A DNA stretch of 58,613 bases, taken from the IMG/VR virus record IMGVR_UViG_3300045988_115582; one strand, given 5' to 3'. Position numbers and translations under genes: made by a program. Under the pieces are notes generated by a model, which searched no databases, was not told the DNA's origin, and was given only the letters and a program-made list of their open reading frames with translations. This stretch comes from a virus. Of this stretch, positions 45,866 through 52,681 are shown piece by piece (position 1 is the first letter of the stretch; each line of letters opens with the position of its first letter).

Positions 45866-46645
45866 ATGTTTAACAACGGAGTTAGCCTTGCCGATATTGC
45901 GGCAGTAACAGGCAATAACAGAAACAATGATGGTATGTGGGGAGACGGTGCATGGTGGATTGTCATTCTTCTTATTTTCGGCTGGGGTGGTTTTGGTAAC
46001 AACGGCTGGGGTAACGGTAATGGAATGGGTTCTACTGCCGCCGCTTATACAGACAGTGCTATTCAGCGTGGATTTGATAATCAGGCTGTTGTTTCAAAAC
46101 TTGATGGCATTTCAAACGGCTTATGTGATGGCTTCTATGCCATGAACAATAGTATGCTCACAGGTTTCAATGGTATCAATACAAATATCATGCAGACCGG
46201 CTATGGCATACAACAGGCAGTAAACGCTGATACAGTTGCTAATATGCAGAATACTAACGCTTTACAGTCACAGCTTGCTAACTGCTGCTGCGAGACGAGG
46301 GAAGCCATTCAGGGAATTAATTACAACTTAGCAACCAACACTTGTGCTTTACAGAACACAATGAACAATAATACAAGAGATATTATTGACAGCCAACAGG
46401 CGGGAACAAGAGCAATTCTTGACTTCCTGACAAATGACAAGATTGCAACCTTACAGGCAGAGAACAACGATTTGCGCAGAGCTGCTTCACAGGATAGACA
46501 GAACGCACTTCTGACTACTACAATGGCAGCGCAGACAAATCAGATTATTGATGCAGTAAGACCTACACCGGTTCCATCGTTCCCGGCTTCTAACCTTTAT
46601 GGTTATGCATATGGCTGCGGTTGCAACACCGGCTGTAACTGCTAA
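45866..46645 (+). CDS. Membrane-anchored, N/Q-rich coiled-coil protein with a Cys-rich tail
   Basis: TM segment WWIVILLIFGWGGFG, G/N/W-rich linker, internal CCCE, C-terminus YGYAYGCGCNTGCNC. Confidence 0.65.
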   Translation: MFNNGVSLADIAAVTGNNRNNDGMWGDGAWWIVILLIFGWGGFGNNGWGNGNGMGSTAAAYTDSAIQRGFDNQAVVSKLDGISNGLCDGFYAMNNSMLTGFNGINTNIMQTGYGIQQAVNADTVANMQNTNALQSQLANCCCETREAIQGINYNLATNTCALQNTMNNNTRDIIDSQQAGTRAILDFLTNDKIATLQAENNDLRRAASQDRQNALLTTTMAAQTNQIIDAVRPTPVPSFPASNLYGYAYGCGCNTGCNC

Positions 46646-46715
46646 AACTGAATAATTGAGTATCTTAATTGAGTTTAACTCGATTATGTCTGCTAAGCAG
46701 TATTACTTATAATCA

Positions 46716-46747
46716 AAGGGCAGGCTATAATGTTTGCCCTTATTTTT
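46716..46747 (+). terminator. Terminator-like hairpin
   Basis: Stem AAGGGCA/TGCCCTT followed by ATTTTT. Confidence 0.5.
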
Positions 46748-46767
46748 ATGAAAGAGAGGTAAAAATA

Positions 46768-47187
46768 ATGGAAATAACAGGAATTGCGTTACAAACAGTT
46801 GCCGCCGGAGAAGATGTTGCATTTACAGAAACACCGGTATGCGGTAGCAAATGTATAGTCCACAGACAGGGAAGCGGAATTATCAAGTTAAGAGGTATTA
46901 CAAATCAGTGCAAAGCAAGATTTTTAGTATCGTATAGTGGAAACATTCAGATACCTACAGGCGGTACAGTTGAAGAGATTTCGCTTGCCATTGCAGTAGA
47001 CGGAGAGCCTTTACAGTCAACAAGAATGATTGTAACACCAGCCGCAGTTGAGAATTTCTTTAATGTATCGGCACAGGCATATGTGGATGTGCCTTGTGGT
47101 TGTTGCAGTACCGTAGCGGTGCAGAATACATCTACACAGGCTATTGAAGTACAGAATAGTAACTTAATCGCAGTAAGGGAGGCTTGA
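46768..47187 (+). CDS. Beta-rich Cys-containing small protein (spore-surface/BclA-C-like pattern?)
   Basis: 139 aa from the ATG after GAGAGG. Alternating beta pattern, PCGCCSTVAVQNTS..IEVQNSNLIAVRE. Confidence 0.55.
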   Translation: MEITGIALQTVAAGEDVAFTETPVCGSKCIVHRQGSGIIKLRGITNQCKARFLVSYSGNIQIPTGGTVEEISLAIAVDGEPLQSTRMIVTPAAVENFFNVSAQAYVDVPCGCCSTVAVQNTSTQAIEVQNSNLIAVREA

Positions 47188-47191
47188 TAAT

Positions 47192-47851
47192 ATGCACAAA
47201 TGGGCTAAACAGATTATGGAATGTGTCAAGGCTAAGGTTGACGGAATTGGAATTGACAATTTTGAGGGGCAAAACCTTGACGATTTAAAGGATTTTACAG
47301 AGATAGCAAAGAACATAGCTTGCTTTGATAAGGATTACAGAATTGTTGAAGCTATGGAAAAGTCAGAAGATAATGAGGATATTATGCGTATGCTTGAACA
47401 GTACGAAGCTTATCCGGACAGAAGATATTATGACGCTTACCGCTATGCAAACGGTAGATTTGCCCCTAAAGGTCGTGGAACACGCAGAGGATATGAAGAA
47501 CCACCATATTATCATATGTACCCTTATGACGATATGGAACACATGAGGGACATGGATAGGGATGATAGAGGAAAGATGTATTACAGCGAACCTGCAAGCA
47601 ATGTGAGTGGTAGCAATAATATGTCAAGAAACTACTCTGAGAGCAACTATGACAGGGCGAAACGCAACTATACAGAAACAAAAGAGTTACACAAAGGGAA
47701 CACTCAGGAAGATAAAGAGCATAAGATGAAATCCCTTGACGGCTATATGAAAGAGTTGTCAACAGACATTACGCACTTGCTTGGTGACATGACCGCAGAA
47801 GAGAAAAATCTTTTAAGAACAAAACTTAGTACGCTTGTTTCTAAGATTTGA
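47192..47851 (+). CDS. Y/R/D-rich low-complexity protein
   Basis: DRRYYDAYRYANGRFAPKGRGTRRGYEEPPYYHMYPYDDMEHMRDMDRDDRGKMYY. Confidence 0.6.
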   Translation: MHKWAKQIMECVKAKVDGIGIDNFEGQNLDDLKDFTEIAKNIACFDKDYRIVEAMEKSEDNEDIMRMLEQYEAYPDRRYYDAYRYANGRFAPKGRGTRRGYEEPPYYHMYPYDDMEHMRDMDRDDRGKMYYSEPASNVSGSNNMSRNYSESNYDRAKRNYTETKELHKGNTQEDKEHKMKSLDGYMKELSTDITHLLGDMTAEEKNLLRTKLSTLVSKI

Positions 47852-47875
47852 GAATAATATTTTCCGACAATCTAG

Positions 47876-47908
47876 GGCTATAGATAGCAATATCTGTAGC
47901 CTGTTTTT
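47876..47908 (+). terminator. Rho-independent terminator
   Basis: 10-bp stem GGCTATAGAT/ATCTGTAGCC followed by TGTTTTT. Confidence 0.7.
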
Positions 47909-47941
47909 AAATAATAAAATCAATGTTTGTGAGGTGATTTT

Positions 47942-48262
47942 ATGTTTATAATAAACAATATAATGTGGCAAATTGTATTTGTGCCAAGTGATAGTAATAA
48001 ACTTATGCGTTCTGATGGTTCTATTAGCCTTGCTGTGACCGATTTTAATGACAAGACAGTATATGTATCAGATAATGTAAAAAACGGTTATTTACGGAAA
48101 ATAATGGCTCATGAATTATGTCATTGTTTTTGTTTCAGCTACAACATATATATGCCTCTTCAGCAAGAGGAATATTTAGCTGACTGGATAAGCCTGTATG
48201 GTGCAGACTTGATATATTTGCTTGATGATTTGATGATGACTTTAACAAGGAGTGTGGCATGA
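47942..48262 (+). CDS. Small HExxH zinc metallopeptidase-like protein
   Basis: IMAHELCHCF motif in 106 aa. Confidence 0.6.
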   Translation: MFIINNIMWQIVFVPSDSNKLMRSDGSISLAVTDFNDKTVYVSDNVKNGYLRKIMAHELCHCFCFSYNIYMPLQQEEYLADWISLYGADLIYLLDDLMMTLTRSVA

Positions 48263-48417
48263 TAAAGGAATTATTAAAGCAGATACAAAAGACAAATCCC
48301 GACATAACAGTAGAAAAACTTATATCTGAGATACGATACAGTGACTATTTAACAACAGCGTTGATGATAAGTAAAGGAATTGCCAGTAAAGAGGAAAACT
48401 GCTATACTAACAAATAA
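48259..48417 (+). CDS. Small hypothetical protein (52 aa)
   Basis: ATG after AAGGAG. Below the track cutoff. Confidence 0.45.
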   Translation: MIKELLKQIQKTNPDITVEKLISEIRYSDYLTTALMISKGIASKEENCYTNK

Positions 48418-48431
48418 AAAGGAGTTTCAGT

Positions 48432-48686
48432 ATGGCAATAACAGGAACAAAAGGTGTACAAATATCATATGAGTGTGACGACTTGATAGAAAGCCTTGAA
48501 CTTGATATATCAGAGTATGGTAAAAGTTGTAAGATTTACGCAATATCTGAAATGATGCAGGGACTGGAAATCTATACAGGTTATGAATATACAGACAGAA
48601 TACAGTTAAAGCGAGGGCAAAAATATACGCTTATGTCAGCCGGTCAGCTTATGGATATTTTACAAAAACAAAATTCTATATTGTAA
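48432..48686 (+). CDS. Small acidic protein
   Basis: 84 aa. RBS AGGAG. Confidence 0.6.
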   Translation: MAITGTKGVQISYECDDLIESLELDISEYGKSCKIYAISEMMQGLEIYTGYEYTDRIQLKRGQKYTLMSAGQLMDILQKQNSIL

Positions 48687-48815
48687 ATACTTGTCAAATG
48701 TGGTATTATAGAATTACAAGATAAGTTTAAAATGTTTGTCTTGTAAGTTTTGCACAATATATAGATGGCAGTATGTGAGTGCGAATGTGCAAACTGCCGA
48801 AAGTGAGGTGACAAC

Positions 48816-49478
48816 ATGAGCAGTCCCGAAAATGATTTTATCGTTGTGAACACAAAGGAAGATGTTTTAAAAGAACGGTATATTGCTGGTGCTGATTTAG
48901 TCGGCAAATATGGATTTCCACAATTAAATCCGGTTTATGCACACTTAGAAGATGTTGAGCCGGTACCGTTCAATCTTGCAAGTAAAGAAAAGCATCCAAA
49001 AAATTGTGTTTGCCATTTTTTTATAGATGATGTACGGTTTGAGCGACTTTGGAACAATCCAAGTAAATACATGGATATACTGAAAAACTTTAAGTATGTA
49101 TGCAGTCCCGACTTTACTTTCTATGATAATATGCCACTTGCTTTGCAAATATGGCAGATATACAGAAGTCGGGCATTAAGCTATTGTTTAAGTCGAGCTG
49201 GTTTAAAGATTATCCCGGCTGTAGGCTGGGGAAGCGAAGAAACATATGACTATTGTTTTGACAGCTTACCGACACACTCCACGCTTGCGGTATCGACAAA
49301 CGGATGCTTTTCAGCAGAGGGCAAAGAATGTTATAGAAAAGGATTTAAAGAAATGTGCATGCGATTGGATCCAAAACAAATTGTTGTCTTTGGTTCTCGA
49401 ATTGATGTAGATATAGATATAGACATTGTTTACAAATCAAGTTACTGGCAGCAGATGAGCGAACGATTAAAGGGGTGA
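48816..49478 (+). CDS. DUF4417-like protein
   Basis: HFFIDDVRFERLWNNPSKY...SPDFTFYDNMPLALQIWQIYRSR...IIPAVGWG. Confidence 0.65.
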   Translation: MSSPENDFIVVNTKEDVLKERYIAGADLVGKYGFPQLNPVYAHLEDVEPVPFNLASKEKHPKNCVCHFFIDDVRFERLWNNPSKYMDILKNFKYVCSPDFTFYDNMPLALQIWQIYRSRALSYCLSRAGLKIIPAVGWGSEETYDYCFDSLPTHSTLAVSTNGCFSAEGKECYRKGFKEMCMRLDPKQIVVFGSRIDVDIDIDIVYKSSYWQQMSERLKG

Positions 49479-49479
49479 T

Positions 49480-49629
49480 ATGATGGGTAGTAGAAGCGGT
49501 AGCAAAAAAGGCGGCTATATTTATACGCCCGGCTTAAAAAAGATAATCTATACAGAAAAAAGAGGGGGGATTACTATTGTAAAAACAAGATATAAATTCT
49601 TAAAACAACGGCGGTCAAAGAACAAATAG
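49480..49629 (+). CDS. Small very basic protein (49 aa)
   Basis: MMGSRSGSKKGG...KFLKQRRSKNK. Abuts the upstream stop. Confidence 0.35.
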   Translation: MMGSRSGSKKGGYIYTPGLKKIIYTEKRGGITIVKTRYKFLKQRRSKNK

Positions 49630-49725
49630 TAACTATACAGCGGTTATTATATACATAGATAGGAAAAACAAGGCTAACAAGAAAAACGGCTGTATAAGGC
49701 TGTAGCAAAGAGATAAGCATACACG

Positions 49726-49758
49726 AAAAAAGAGACTGTAAAAAGTCTCTTTTCTTTT
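49726..49758. terminator. Bidirectional Rho-independent terminator
   Basis: Stem AAGAGACT/AGTCTCTT, with an A-run on one side and a T-run on the other. Confidence 0.75.
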
Positions 49759-49859
49759 CCAAAATGTAGCTATTAAAATAATAGTTAAATATAATTTATT
49801 GTTTACATCCCAAAATGTGCTATTAAATACAATTACTAAATATAAACTATTATTTACAT
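49759..49859 (-). CRISPR. crRNA-like mini-array: handle-only start, 21-nt spacer, one full 30-nt repeat, 20-nt spacer, truncated repeat
   Basis: Minus strand reads ATGTAAAT | AATAGTTTATATTTAGTAATT | GTATTTAATAGCACATTTTGGGATGTAAAC | AATAAATTATATTTAACTAT | TATTTTAATAGCTACATTTTGG. It can equally be read as two imperfect 51-bp direct repeats. Confidence 0.45.
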
Positions 49860-49866
49860 CGTAATC

Positions 49867-49895
49867 ATTTTATGATATTTTCGGCTCGATGTCAA
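49867..49895 (-). promoter_or_regulatory. Consensus promoter TTGACA-17-TAAAAT driving the mini-array
   Basis: -35 at 49895-90 and -10 at 49872-67 (minus strand). The predicted start site is about 7 nt downstream, at the ATGTAAAT handle. Confidence 0.65.
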
Positions 49896-49899
49896 TATT

Positions 49900-50601
49900 T
49901 TAAGCTAAAAATATCGGATTATCGTTATCAAAAAGATTGCTGAAAATTTTAGTGTCTTTATCTAGATAACGGCATCTCACTTTATTAAACTTCCTAAATC
50001 CTTTTTTAGTATATTCATATTTTTTATTTATATTATATGATATGCTACACAAATCGTCAGGTACAAAAATCTCAGGAACATAAGCATCTTTTTTTAATGT
50101 CCCTATTTCGTTCTTTTCTTGTAACTCAACAATTTCAACATCATCAACTCGTAACAAATCTTCATAACGCCCTAATGACAAAAATTTGCGTGGAAATTTC
50201 AAAGATGTATAGGCCACTTCAAGATCATCATCATCTACAGTTTGTATATAAATTTCAAGCTGTAAATTTGCTAAATAATAAAATGTTTTAGGCGATTGAA
50301 CCCAGCCGGTATAACTGCTGTCATTTTCATCTTCAACAATTACTGACCATCTTTTTTTAATTTCTTCTGTGATTGTCTTAAATTTCGCCCCACCTTGCCA
50401 CTGCATTTTCAGCTCTTTATTTATATAACCTTTTCCCGATATAAAAAAATTCATGTCATGGTACTCATGCCAGCCGCAGGCGTTATGTACCATACCTGAC
50501 ACTGTTGAAAATGGTGGCAGGGGTAAAATATCAGGAGAGCAAGACAAACTTACAGGAAACCTTGCGGTTTCCATGTAAGCGTTTAATTTAACTGCTTTCA
50601 T
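49900..50601 (-). CDS. cas5: Cas5-like RAMP protein (subtype I-B-like), solitary
   Basis: MKAVKLNAYMETARFPVS...ILPLPPFSTVSGMVHNACG and LSLGRYEDLLRVDDVEIVEL resemble Cas5 N- and C-terminal signatures. The start is moved to the ATG after AGAGG. Confidence 0.55.
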   Translation of the reverse strand: MKAVKLNAYMETARFPVSLSCSPDILPLPPFSTVSGMVHNACGWHEYHDMNFFISGKGYINKELKMQWQGGAKFKTITEEIKKRWSVIVEDENDSSYTGWVQSPKTFYYLANLQLEIYIQTVDDDDLEVAYTSLKFPRKFLSLGRYEDLLRVDDVEIVELQEKNEIGTLKKDAYVPEIFVPDDLCSISYNINKKYEYTKKGFRKFNKVRCRYLDKDTKIFSNLFDNDNPIFLA

Positions 50602-50611
50602 TGCTTTACCT

Positions 50612-50803
50612 CTATTCTGCTTCACATTCAAAGCCTAAAAGAATATTTTTATAAAGTTCTTCACTGATATTCTCTTCTAAAAGAGGTTTTCTGTTCTCAA
50701 ATCCGAGTTCCGCATCAAGTGAAGCGTCAATTTCTTCTAATGCTTTTTCTCTACTAAATCCCAACTCCATAACCTCATTTAATAAATCAATAGTTTTTTT
50801 CAT
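50612..50803 (-). CDS. Small acidic protein (63 aa), anti-defence candidate
   Basis: ATG after AAAGGTG. Very acidic (EEIDASLDAELGFEN...EENISEELY..ECEAE). Confidence 0.55.
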   Translation of the reverse strand: MKKTIDLLNEVMELGFSREKALEEIDASLDAELGFENRKPLLEENISEELYKNILLGFECEAE

Positions 50804-50864
50804 AATAGTCACCTTTTAACCTTTCTTTTATTTTTTATAATTATATCTTTTATAGTGATGTTTT

Positions 50865-51062
50865 TCAATTACTGCTTCCCATATTTTTACCCTCCACTTC
50901 TTCAATATAAATTCTTTCTGTTTTGCCGGTGTCATCATCTTCATAGACTCCGCCGAAGTCGTCCCACCAACTTTCGGCACCTCTTTTGTTATATGTCTGC
51001 CCTCCAAGGAGAACTGTACCACTTTCTGTAACCAATCTGTATTTTTTGTTATCTTTCTTCAT
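50865..51062 (-). CDS. Small acidic protein (65 aa), anti-defence candidate
   Basis: ATG after GGAGG. WWDDFGGVYEDDDTGKTERIYIEEVEG. The overlapping ORF 50828..51022 is rejected. Confidence 0.55.
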   Translation of the reverse strand: MKKDNKKYRLVTESGTVLLGGQTYNKRGAESWWDDFGGVYEDDDTGKTERIYIEEVEGKNMGSSN

Positions 51063-51108
51063 AATCTTGTACCTCCAATGTTTTATTTGTATTTCTTATG
51101 TTGTATAT

Positions 51109-51234
51109 ATAATACATCATTGTGCACTAATATTCAATGGGCAAAATATACAAAAATGTATTAAATAATTATGCAAAATACACAAAAATGTACAACTTAA
51201 AATACTTGACATATAATACATAAAATTATATTAT
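51109..51234. promoter_or_regulatory. Divergent promoters with two palindromic operators
   Basis: Leftward promoter TTGAAT-17-TATTAT (51137-51109). Rightward promoter TTGACA-17-TATTAT (51206-51234). ATACAAAAATGTAT at 51148-61 and TACACAAAAATGTA at 51179-92. Confidence 0.6.
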
Positions 51235-51259
51235 ATAAAAAAGAAAAGAGGTGCTATAC

Positions 51260-51487
51260 ATGGAGAAAAGAAAAAATACTTATAAAGGAAATATATCTTA
51301 TAAAAGATTGTGGGAAACGATGGAACGACGCAATATAACAAAAATGAACTTAAAAAATGACTTTAATCTATCACCTACGCTAGTCAATAGATTAGTTAAA
51401 AATCAGAATGTGAGTGTTGACACAATAATGTATTTGTGTGACTGCTTAGATTGTCAGCCTTGCGATATTTTAGAATATGTAAAGTAA
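51260..51487 (+). CDS. XRE/Cro-type HTH regulator (Aca-like position)
   Basis: LWETMERRNITKMNLKNDFNLSPTLVNRLVKNQNVSVDTIMYLCDCLDCQPCDILEYV. ATG after GAGGTG. Confidence 0.7.
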   Translation: MEKRKNTYKGNISYKRLWETMERRNITKMNLKNDFNLSPTLVNRLVKNQNVSVDTIMYLCDCLDCQPCDILEYVK

Positions 51488-51540
51488 ATACAAAAAAGTG
51501 TATTTTTAACATTGACAAACAATACACAAAGATGTATAAT
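51488..51540 (+). promoter_or_regulatory. Consensus promoter TTGACA-17-TATAAT with two more copies of the palindromic operator
   Basis: ATACAAAAAAGTGTAT at 51488-503. ATACACAAAGATGTAT at 51522-37 overlaps the spacer and -10 element. Confidence 0.65.
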
Positions 51541-51588
51541 AAGTTTATCAAATAAAGAAAGGATGGCAATGCCGCAAAGGTGAATGTT

Positions 51589-51843
51589 ATGAGAAGAACA
51601 GAATTAAAAAATGAAAATGTAATCTACACAGGAACAGCAAGAGAAATCTTGAGCTTGTGGAAAAATTTGACAGAGCGTCACATGGATGATTGGAGTTTTA
51701 TTCTTAATACTCCAAAAATGAATATGAATAAAAATTACGGTCTTTATGTGGATCTAGTAGATGGCTTAGACGAGCCATACAACAAGCCACAGCTTGGCAT
51801 TTTAAACGCAAGTGGTGTACTTGAAGCATTAAATTTAATTTAA
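51589..51843 (+). CDS. Hypothetical protein (84 aa) under the operator-controlled promoter
   Basis: ATG after AAGGTG. Confidence 0.55.
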   Translation: MRRTELKNENVIYTGTAREILSLWKNLTERHMDDWSFILNTPKMNMNKNYGLYVDLVDGLDEPYNKPQLGILNASGVLEALNLI

Positions 51844-51886
51844 TTAAAACCCGCCCCGGAGGGACAAGGGCAGAAAGGTGGATATT

Positions 51887-51967
51887 ATGACAAGTATTGA
51901 AGTTTTAAAAATGGATGGATGCACAGAAAAAGCCGGTTACAGACTGGGGAATAGTCGAACATGGTGA
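51887..51967 (+). CDS. Possible 26-aa peptide
   Basis: ATG after AAAGGTGG. A terminator follows. Very short. Confidence 0.25.
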   Translation: MTSIEVLKMDGCTEKAGYRLGNSRTW

Positions 51968-52017
51968 AAAAACATATTATATCCAGTATTGTTTATAAAA
52001 ATAAAAATTGATTTTTT

Positions 52018-52044
52018 AGCAGCTTGAAATATAGCTGCTTTTTT
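52018..52044 (+). terminator. Rho-independent terminator
   Basis: Stem AGCAGCT/AGCTGCT followed by TTTTTT. Confidence 0.7.
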
Positions 52045-52378
52045 AATACAATCATATTTTATAATAATACAGAAAATTGAGTTGCGGATAGGGTATATGT
52101 CATTACTCGAAAATCTATATAAATCTAGTCTAGTTTCTGTATAATTTTACAAACACGAACTCGAATTTCTGTGTATTTCTAAAAACAGCATTTTTGTATT
52201 GCAGTTTTAACAAGTAAATAACAACAAAGCTGTTTGCTTTTTGTGAATGATGCATAAGTTTTTCACTATAATTATACGGATTTTCGAGTTTGTATGATGG
52301 GGTATCTATACCCCATACAAGCATCTGTTATCTGTTTATATATCAAAGAGTTAAACTCTTAGATAAAACTATAGTATT

Positions 52379-52485
52379 AGCCAGTAAAGTATATTAAGCA
52401 TAAATATATATATAAATACAGCCAGTACAGTATAGTATAAACCAATACAGTAAATTATATACACATATATAGCCAGTATGTAGAT
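52379..52485 (+). repeat. Four phased AGCCAGTAnnGTA-type repeats upstream of terS
   Basis: Copies start at 52379, 52420, 52440 (degenerate) and 52471. The spacings of 41, 20 and 31 bp are near multiples of a helical turn. Confidence 0.6.
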
Positions 52486-52522
52486 TATATATATATATAC
52501 CAAAAAAATATATTTAGGGGTA

Positions 52523-52551
52523 TTGACAGTAGTTGTATTTAGCTGTATAGT
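52523..52551 (+). promoter_or_regulatory. Promoter TTGACA-17-TATAGT upstream of terS
   Basis: Hexamers at 52523-28 and 52546-51. Confidence 0.55.
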
Positions 52552-52681
52552 AGATGCATAAATTAAATAACTTAGCAGATTTGCACTTGATAGAGATATA
52601 AACATATATAGCGTATATGCCATGTATGTATATCTTTTCAGGTGCTTTTTTTATTTATATAACAATACTGGAGGTGAAAAG

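Noticed and set aside
49759-49860. Calling this a bona fide CRISPR array
   Set aside because: - It has only one full 30-nt repeat plus a handle-only and a truncated copy.
- The unit length is 51 bp.
- The spacers are 20-21 nt and resemble each other, so it can also be read as two imperfect 51-bp direct repeats.
- No adaptation or effector genes are present.

I report it as a crRNA-like mini-array or decoy candidate instead.
50828-51022. Minus-strand ORF overlapping the 65-aa gene in another frame
   Set aside because: The 50865-51062 frame has a GGAGG RBS at correct spacing. The alternative frame has none.
52130-52623. Minus-strand ORFs 52130-52324 and 52369-52623
   Set aside because: They lie in the AT-rich repeat and palindrome region upstream of terS. 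Their translations are Ile/Tyr/Leu low-complexity, and they have no RBS.
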